Assembly: GCA_965112155.1 (NCBI GenBank)
Contig: OZ218113.1
From: Podarcis liolepis
Lineage: Eukaryota
Strand: one strand, 5' to 3'
Length of the DNA: 64,000 nucleotides
The position numbers were made by a program, and so were the translations under genes. Shown in pieces: positions 1-9,444 of this stretch. Below the pieces are notes generated by a model, which saw only the letters and a list, made by a program, of their open reading frames with translations, made no database searches and was not told where the DNA came from. Position 1 is the stretch's first letter. Each line of letters begins with the position of its first letter.

Positions 1-100
1 AGACCCTCAGGCTGGCCTACCTCCCAGGGTGGTTGTGAGGATAAAACGGGAAAAGAGAAGCATGCACCCCAGCTTGAGCTCTTTGGGTATAAATATAATG
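1..100 (+). mobile_element. Squam3-like SINE, 3' portion
   Basis: cctacctcccagggtggttgtgaggataaaa...gagctc...gggtataaat; similar to the copy at 14403. Confidence 0.6.
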
Positions 101-512
101 AAATCCTGCAAGAAAGCTAAGCAAGAAATGTGCCTCCATAACCAAATATATTTAAATGATGCTAGACTAGATGGGACCCAGCGGGACTCTGATGTTCTTA
201 CTCTTGAGGAACCCACCTCACAAGGGGCTTTGTCTGAAGCAATTTTTATCTTTTCAACACCTTTAAATTTGTGCAGCTTTTTAGTAGCGGATTTTTGCCT
301 TCCTGTTCCTTGTTTTATATTAACATCTCCCCTTTACTTATTAATGTTCTGCAGTTGTGTTTTAGCAGTGAAATCTTAGGAGAAAGTCCTATTGCTTTAT
401 CAAATTAAAGACGAGCAGTGTTTGACCTCCCCCAATGGCGTGCCTTTTCTATTGAAATGTGGGTAAAATCCGCCAAAGGGCTTTGTACCAAGCTGAGGCA
501 TAGCTGGGGGTA

Positions 513-608
513 CCTAACGCGCATGCTCAGATATTTTCTCGCTCGCCCTCTGCCTGGGCTGCCTGTCGCTTTGGAGGTGCAGAAGTGGCGCCTAACGCGC
601 ATGCTCAG
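513..608. promoter_or_regulatory. Two copies of CCTAACGCGCATGCTCAG (513-530, 591-608), NRF1-like sites
   Basis: Perfect 18-bp direct repeat containing GCGCATGC, the NRF1 core. Confidence 0.6.
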
Positions 609-925
609 GCCTTTCTTTCGCCGCCCCCTCTCTAGTCTAATGGTCTTAGCTAGCGGAGGGTGTCCACACTAACGCCTCATTTCTTTATATTTCTTATCGC
701 GCTTTTCTGCGTGAACAAGAATATACAGCATATCTTTTTTTAAAAGCGCATAGCGAGTCCAGAGTTAGAGCTGCGGCTCCCGCGGTGAATAACTGGGTCA
801 TATTCTACGCAGGCGAACGTCGCGGGCAGCCCCTACCCCCCCCCCCGTCGGGCTGGCGCTTTGTGCAATGGCGTTTTCTGCGCGGGTGTCATGGCTGCCT
901 TCTCCGCCAGGACCCCTCGGAGAGG

Positions 926-934
926 CGCCATTTT
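926..934 (+). promoter_or_regulatory. YY1-like motif CGCCATTTT near probable TSS
   Basis: Matches the YY1 consensus CGCCATNTT, common just downstream of CpG-island TSSs. Confidence 0.5.
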
Positions 935-1042
935 AGAGTTCCTGAGGCGACCCGGAGCTTTCCCTGCCGCCGAGTTCGGAGCTGCCGCAGCCGCAGCCGC
1001 CTCCTCCTCCTCCTTCGCCCTTCTCTCGGCTCGCCCGCGGCG

Positions 1043-1143
1043 ATGAGCGTGGTAGACCATGTGCGGGAGATGGCGGCCGCCGGGCTCCACTCCAACGTGC
1101 GGCTCCTCAGTGGGCTTCTGCTCACCATGAGCGGCAACAACCC
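1043..1143 (+). CDS. ANAPC7: ANAPC7 coding exon 1
   Basis: ATG 1043; MSVVDHVREMAAAGLHSNVRLLSGLLLTMSGNNP; donor CC|GTGAGT. Confidence 0.95.
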
Positions 1144-4100
1144 GTGAGTTGGGGGGCGGCGGCGGCGCCGCGACTGCAGCCCCAGAAAGGGCTGGTTTCC
1201 CTCGCGCTTCCCCCCCCCCCGACCGAGCGGCGCCCTCCTGCTCCGCCTCGGCTCCCTCGCGTCCCCCCGCCGTCACGACACCCCTGCCAGGCTGGGCGAA
1301 AGCGCGCCTGAGCTGAGGCTTCGGCCAGGAAGGGTCGGGGCCTCCTGTCCCTTTTTAAATGTGACAAAATACATGACAAGAACAAAAACCCATTGGCAGT
1401 TGCACCCATTTTGTGCCCCCTCCTTATAGTTTCGTTCCCCCCCCTTTCTTTTGTTATAATTGTTAACAATAGATTGTTGGTTGGCAATGGCATCCATCTG
1501 CCTGTGAGACAATGGAAGAGTTTGCCTTTGGGAGTGAAGTCAAATCCTTAATAATAATAATAATAATAATAATAAAGCAGCCGAGTGATGTAGGACATCA
1601 CTGGGGCTGTGCTGAGAGTGTGAGGTGGGGAACCTGTGGCTCCCCAAATGTCGACTGGGCCCCCAACTCCCCCCATTTTGACTTCATGAAGTGAAGAAAA
1701 AGAGAGGAGGGAGACTTGCAGCATCTTCATCACCGTTCTGTTTGCATGCTGCCCTTCCCATAATTAAAACCGCGCTCAAGATTTATGTAACTGCAAAAAT
1801 ATAACAGAAAGTAGGCATGAGCAGTAAATTAAAACCATCTTGGTAAGTATGCAGCAAAATTTAAGCAGCCCCCACATAAGTGACAATGAGGTCTTTAATG
1901 ATAAAGATGCACACACACACACACACACCAGTAACAGCAAAAAAGCACATCAGAAATTAAATTGCAATGTCTGGAGGGCCATAGGCTCTCTGGCCCTGGC
2001 CTGAGGTCACCAGTGAGTGGGATGACCAAGTGGGGATTTGAACCCAGGTCTTCCTAGCCCTGGAGTCTGTAATGAATGACTGCAATCAGTGCCACATTTT
2101 TTGCAGGAAATACGGCCTGCCTGCAGACACAACCACTCAGAAGAGGAGAGTTAAGCTCCATCCTACAAACCCTGTTTACTTGGGAGTAAGCCCTATTGAA
2201 TTCCACAGGGTTTACTTCTAGGTAGACACATTTAGATGGGACGCGGGTGGCGCTGTGGGTAAAACCTCAGCGCCTAGGACTTGCCGATCGCATGGTCAGC
2301 GGTTCGAATCCCTGCGGCGGGGTGCGCTCCCATTGCTCGGTCCCAGCGCCTGACAACCTAGCAGTTTGAAAGCACCCCCGGATGCAAGTAGATAAATAGG
2401 GACCACTTACTAGCGGGAAGGTAAACGGCGTTTCCGTGTGCGGCTCTGGCTCGCCAGAGTAGCTTCGTCACGCTGGCCACGTGACCCGGAAGTGTCTGCG
2501 GACAGCGCTGGCTCCCAGCCTATAGAGTGAGATGAGCGCCACAACCCCAGAGTCTGGCAAGACTGGCCCGTACGGGCAGGGGTACCTTTACCTTTACCTA
2601 GACACATTTAGGATCACACTATTAAAAGAACTTCATGGATGGTAGCTTTTTCATTTTTTCAGTTGTTTGGCCCCATTTTCCCTCTTCCATCTTTCTTTAT
2701 ATTGTTTATTTATTTCATAAAAATTATACATTACGTCATTGTAAAAAAAACCTCAGAGTGGTTTACAGAAGACAAAACAGTAAAATCAAGAAAAAATCAC
2801 AACCAGACTTTAAAACATACAAAGGTTAAAATACTAAAGCAGATTAAAATTGCCACAACTTTCTAAGCATCTGGGTAGGCTTGTCTAAACAGGAGTGTTG
2901 TTAGCAGGTGCCGCAAAGCGAGCAGTGATGGCGCCTTCTTGACTTTAATAGGCAGGGAGATCCAAAATGCTGGTGCTGCCACACTAAATGACCAGAGTTA
3001 GAAGAACAGGTATTACGTGGCACCTGCAGTAGTGCCAATTCTGATACCCAATGACTGCTGATAATACTTCACGCAGCTAATTAAGAGGACTACACTAAAT
3101 CTGTTCAGGCTGCAGTTTGTTGCACACTTCCTAAACACAGTAGTAAATCCCAGTAAACATCCATAGGCCTGTGCTGCATGTATTTAAACAGTTTTTGGGC
3201 ATCTTTACATTAACTAAGCACAAATTAATGTATTCTCAAAAGATTAGGCTCATTTAATCAACCTGTTTAGAATTTAAGGTGCTACAAGACTTTTTGATTT
3301 TTGTTGAAATAACTGACATGCTTGCTACACCTACCCATACTGATTTAAAAGCCTAGAGGGCGCTGGTACTTTGGGTTAAGAATTAGACCATCAAAAACAT
3401 AATTTCCCTACTGTGGGTTATTGGTAGGTCCAATACATTTGAACGCCTGTGGCGTGTGTGAAATGGCAAGCTGGGCACTGCATGGTATCTCAATGGTATC
3501 TCAGGGCTTCACCCTTCTCTCCAGGATTTACCCTTCACCCTTCTCTCCTCTCCAGGATTTAAGTACAAGAGACCTTGGAAATGAGTTGAACCCTATAGAA
3601 TACTAGTATATTTTAAAAAGGCATCTTCAGCATCAGTGCAAAAGGCACCAACAGGGACATTTGGCTCAGGGACACACACCTTTCCATTTATCTTCACAAG
3701 AATTCTGTAGAGTAGGTTAGGCTCAGAGAGTGGAGAGCGAGTGGCTGGCTTACCCAAGGTCATCTTCACAGTAGACAGGCAGTCAAGTTGTGTATCCATA
3801 GCAGTGACCAGAGGAGAAATGACCACTCGGAGGAGTGCAAAGAAAAGAAACACCATGGTGCATTTGCAGCATCACAACTGAACGCCTTCATCTGCCCCAA
3901 CTGCAACAAAACATGTGTATCCCACATCTGTCTCTACAGCCACAGCGGGCACTGCAACCTTCCAGCAGATTGACCTCACCCTCAAAGGCTCAATCCTCCA
4001 TTGTCTCCCGAGACAGATGGATGCCAACCAAGCATGATAGCATTTATGTGATGCTTTATCAAAGGTCTTTATAGTTGTTATCTCAGTAAATCTTACAAAA

Positions 4101-7100
4101 GCTTTATAAGTACAGTGGTACTTTGGTTTAAGAACAGCTTAGTTTATGAACAACTTGGATTAAGAACGCTGCAACCCCAGAAGTAGGTTTGGTTTGTGAA
4201 CTTTGCCTTGGAAGCAGAACATGTTTCGCTTCCTGTTGAGTGTGTTCCATTTGTAAATTGAGTCCCCCACTGCTATGAGAAAGCATGCCTTGGTTTAAGA
4301 ACGCTTTGGTTTAAGAATGGGACTCTGGAACGGATTAAGTTCATAAACCAAGGTACCACTGTAGGTACCTATTTGTAATACTAATAGTACTACCAATAAA
4401 CTGCCCTGTTACCTTCAGATGAAGGGTGGTATAGAAATTTAATAAATAGTAATAGTTGGAAGAGGTATCTTAAAATAATAGTTTGCTTAAGGTCACTTGG
4501 TAAGTTCATAGTTTCCTGGATGACAGATAAAGTTTAGCAACTTTATAGATTTTGGGGGTGCTTATTGCTGTCGTTGTAGGATAGCATTGCATAGTCAGAA
4601 AATGGAATGGACAGGTGGTTTCTGAATACAGACATGTTTCTGTTTATTGTTTTCACCTTTCAGTAGTTCAGGGATGTTTGCTTCAGGATTTCCTCATGTG
4701 GTCAGCTAACACTGGTTTGTCTTGTGTTTCTTACAGTGAGTTATTTTCTCCATCGCAGAAGTATCAGCTTCTTGTATATCATGCAGATTCTCTCTTCCAT
4801 GACAAGGAATATAGAAATGCTGTCAGCAAGTATACAATGGCTTTGCAGCAGAAGAAAGCACTGAGTAAAACTTCAAAAGTGAGACCCTCAACTGGGAATG
4901 CTGCATCTGCTCCTCAGAGCCAGGTGTTCATAGCTTAAATTCTGATTATAGCTTGGTGCCTCAGTGCAAGAGTCTTGCATTCACTGTTTATTATACATGG
5001 CAAAAGATATCTGAAAAGTTTTTTCCTCCTGATGTGAGTTCTGGGAGAAATATAATTGAATGTGGTTTAACACTCGCCTTGAATAGACAGAATGGGGTGG
5101 CAGAGACTTGGAAGCCTAAGAAAGATGTTACGGTCTTGTAGTTTTCCTTCATAATGTATGTGGAAAGTGTCCCAGCCTTGGAGTAAACTCCTGAAAAGTA
5201 AAGATTACCTCTGACAACCCCAAGCACCCTACAACACACAACTTGGTCTTTCCTAGATCTTGACTATCCTCTCCATATATCAGGGTTGGGAACTTGTGGC
5301 CCTCCAGATGTTATTGGACCACTGTTGTATTTTGTATGTTGTCTTTTTAGTGCCTGCCTTCTGAAATTGAAGTGAAGTACAAAATGGCGGAGTGCTATAC
5401 AATGCTGAAGCAAGACAAAGATGCTATTGCTATACTTGATGGAATCCCTTCAAGACAGAGAACCCCAAAGGTAGTACTTTCCTAGCTAAGTTATGCTTGG
5501 AAGCCTTTGTCTGAGATATGGATACAATTTATAGGGTTGTAACCAATGCTATTCCTACTCAATAAATCAATTGACATTAATGGACCTAAGACAGCCATGT
5601 GCCTCAGTGGATCTACTCTCAGGAAAACTAGTACGGAATACAACCCATTCTTTGTACACCCTTTGGCTGACACAAATCCCCAGGTTTTTTTGAATAAAGG
5701 TAAAAACTTGCCATTAATAACTGCAAGCCCAGAGAGTTGTGCATCAACAGGTGGAATTAACAAATCCAAAGTGGTGCAAAATGCTATGTCTTATGTCAAC
5801 ATTAAAACATGATTGTTCTCATCATTGGATTTCTCTGGGTTGCAGATTAACATGATGCTGGCAAATTTGTACAAGAAGGCAGGTCAGGAACGCTCTTCTG
5901 TGACGAGTTACAAAGAAGTGCTGAGGCAGTGCCCACTAGCCCTTGATGCCATCCTAGGTAGCCACTTTTCTTCCCATCCATGATTATTGTTGAAAATTGT
6001 GATTGAGACGTTGGCATATCTGAACAGTCTTAGCGTGGGCAGGTGAACAAAATATGAATTAGTGCAGTCTGCCATTGGCCTCCTCATGAGTTACAACATT
6101 AAAGGGGTGCTTGTTATGACTGCATATATTGTGTCTTAGAAGACGTAAGGGCTGGGAGAGGCAGTAACAATAGCATTGCAGTGCTCTTTCTGATCTGAGG
6201 GAAGAGTGTGGTGCTAGAGATGGCAAGACAATTGGTGTGGATAAGTTTTACAAAATGCACCTGTCTGCAGGACTTGATCACTGTAGTCCAGCAGTAGGGA
6301 ACCTGTGACTCTTCAGATGTTGTTGGTGGTCAGTTCTCATCGCTTACCAATGGCCATGTTGGCTGGGACTTATAGGAGTGCTCAAAACTCCCATTGTTCT
6401 AGGTGCTTTTTGCCACATGGAATTTCATTAGCCTGAGCAGTTTCTGAGCTCTGGGCGCAGTACTGCACCTAAGATTTCAGATTAAAACTGCAGAGTGGAA
6501 GGAAGGGAAGACCTTTTCCTGCCTCCCCATTTCCAGCTACTCTCTGAAGACTGGAGAATAGATCCTCTTAAGAATATTAGGGGGTGGGCAGGGGAAGGAC
6601 TAGATCATGTGAAAAATGAACAAAATATTTTAGTTGCAGTTCATTCATTTTTAGCTTTGTATTCTTGTTATTAAAAAAGCTTGCCTAGACATTCCGTTGT
6701 TGCACCCATAACCTAGGTTTAAGGTGACATTTAGCTCCTAGCTTTCATATCTCAGTTTCTAACACTGATCCAGCAACATTTGGAGGATCACAGGTTCTCC
6801 AGTCTTTGGTCAATTATCTGCTGTTGTCGGTGCCTGAGGACTTAATTTCCTTGCGACTACCAAGAACATTTTGTCAAAATGGTGGTCACAACAGCTGCTG
6901 CTTCTCATTTAGGCTTGCTGTCGCTCTCAGTGAAAGGTGCAGAAGTCGCTTCCATGACAATGAATGTGATCCAGAGTGTCCCAAACCTGGACTGGCTTTC
7001 AGTATGGATCAAGGCATACGCATTTGTGCACACAGGTGATAATACCAGAGCAATCAACACCATCTGGTAAGAATCTAGAGCAAATGCAAATGAGCTTTCT

Positions 7101-9385
7101 CAAAGAACCTCTAGCCTGGTATCTTGTAAGATATACTACTTGGGTATTGAAGGCTGCTTCCCCTTTGCAGCAAGACAGTTACAATGCTAAGTGTTTGAAT
7201 GCTTAACAGCTCGTGGAATTTAAATCCCACATATATGTGTCTTTTAAAACAAGGATGGGGAACCTGTGGTCAACTATTAGTCATGCTGTTGAAGGTGCCA
7301 CAGCCGCTGCCCCCCCCCCCCGGAAGCCAGAGTTGCATGCCTTACCAGGTTGCACAACTGCAGCAGCGGCCCCCCCCCTCCTACCATGGGCAAAGAAGTC
7401 TATACCCCTTGGGCACCAAGCTGACCTAGAAACAAGCTGATTGTGGTTGCATTCTTAGTGTTGTTAGAGGAGTGTGTGCGGCCCAAGTATTATTTGGAGG
7501 TGTTCCACTGTGAAAGAAAGCAAAGCGTACACCTTTCTCTTACTGACTTTATTTGTCTCATGCCCTTCCTTTTAATCCTCTTTGGGTGGAAGATGCTTTG
7601 AATCTAGACGTGCTGTAGTGGAGAATGATAAATTGTGACATGTAGATATGTTTGCCTTAAGGAAATGAACCTTTCTCCATAAAATAGAATAAAAATGCTC
7701 CAAGAGGTTCCAATATATTGATCTTATCTTTCAATTTGTTCTTCCCACAAAAGCTCGCTGGAGAAAAAGTCACTGCTGAGGGACAATGTGGATATACTAG
7801 GGAGTTTAGCTGATCTTTATTTCAGAGCGGGTGACAATAAGAACGCAATTCTAAAATTTGAACAGGCGCAAATGTTGGATCCTTATTTGATAAAAGGTAA
7901 GTCTCTAGAAAATATGGAGACCTTGTTAGAATAATTTGTATTCTGTATTCAACTTTTATAGTGCAATCCTATGCATGTTTATTCAGAAAAACATGCTACT
8001 GAATTCCCATGTAGGTATTTGTAGTACTGCAACCTTAACTATATTTTTAACAGAGCAAAAATTTTCACTAGTTTTATTTTTTGTTGGTAAGGTTGAAAGA
8101 AAAACTAGTACAAATGAGGCAAAGAGAGGGATTTTTTCCTTCTGTCCTTATACTTAACTAAAATAAGAAATGGTTAAACCTCAAAAACACTTGTAATTTG
8201 TTGAAGACACATTTATATTGTAAACCGCTGATGCAACAACAGCATTGTGTCAATGAAATACATTTGTGGTTAATGGTACAAAAATAAAAGATGTTATATT
8301 TCAAATTTGTGTTGAGCAAATTCCCAGCCAATGGGATTCCTTTGAATGGCAGGTCTGCTGTTTGTTTCCCCCACAAATTGTACATTTGGATCACTGTGGA
8401 GCTCCAAATAATGTGGAAAATACATGACAACTGATTAGAACTGGAGCAACCAGTTTTATGGAAAATATTTTTGCATCTTCATTTTGAATTTATGCTAGTG
8501 GATACGTGTATAGAATATAGAAGTTGAGAAAACATTTGGATCTGTTCCTGCCTTTTAGGTGAAAGCTGTGAACAGTCTTGTCCTCTAGTTTTCCTTGATC
8601 TTTTTTCCTTTGTAGCTTTTGTGTGTGTGTGTGTCCAACTCTTTCATGCTTTGTCTTTAGGGATGGATGTATATGGCTACTTGTTAGCCCGCGAAGGTCG
8701 CCTGGAGGATGTGGAGAATCTCGGCTGCCGGCTCTTCAATATTTCTGACCAGCATGCTGAGCCGTGGGTGGTATCAGGGTAATGGGCTGCTTCTTGCTCC
8801 TGTTTGGCTTTTACATTGAACTTTCTGAAGGCAGAATCTACCCTATTAATGAGGAGAGTCAGATGATCTTGGGTTTATTGCTAATGGCTTAGTGTTGGGC
8901 AGCAAAATCTTGACTGACACAGAGTTGGTGAATTCACTGAAGTCTGTGGGAGTTCGACCAAAGCTTTGTGTAGGATGTCCTGGAGTCTCCCTAACTGGCA
9001 TACTATTGAAATGCCACTTTCAAAGCACCTCTTGCTATTCTTGAAATTCGAAGAGGTGTTGGATCTAAAAATATCCAAAGCCACTGTCTGAAATAAAATT
9101 CTTCAGGGAGCTAAATAGCCTTTAATATATTTTGTAACACAGCCTTCTCAGCAACACCGCTCAAGGCAGATTACAAAAATTACAAAACGTACTTAAAATC
9201 TTCCCTTAAAAAACACTTTGTTGTGGTGTCTAAAAGCTGGTTGTCTACAGTAGAAAATTATTAATGTGTTTCATTACTTTGGAGGCATCACTAAAAAGTA
9301 GGTCACATTTCAGAATGCTGAAGCTAAAATTACATTTCCTGATAGCAATAGGCATTTCCGCTTTCATTAGATAGAACACATTATT

Positions 9386-9444
<59 letters not shown>

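Larger units (their letters stand above)
420..1330. promoter_or_regulatory. CpG island / ANAPC7 promoter and exon 1
   Basis: High GC and CpG density against CpG-poor flanks; spans the ATG. Confidence 0.85.

Noticed and set aside
785-1042. In-frame N-terminal extension of ANAPC7
   Set aside because: Starts at GTG with no in-frame ATG before 1043; the 565-aa form from 1043 matches the conserved N-terminus.
833-1276. 147-aa minus-strand ORF over the CpG island (possible divergent gene)
   Set aside because: Low-complexity Ala/Gly/Pro product, non-ATG start; expected from stop-codon scarcity in GC-rich DNA antisense to exon 1.
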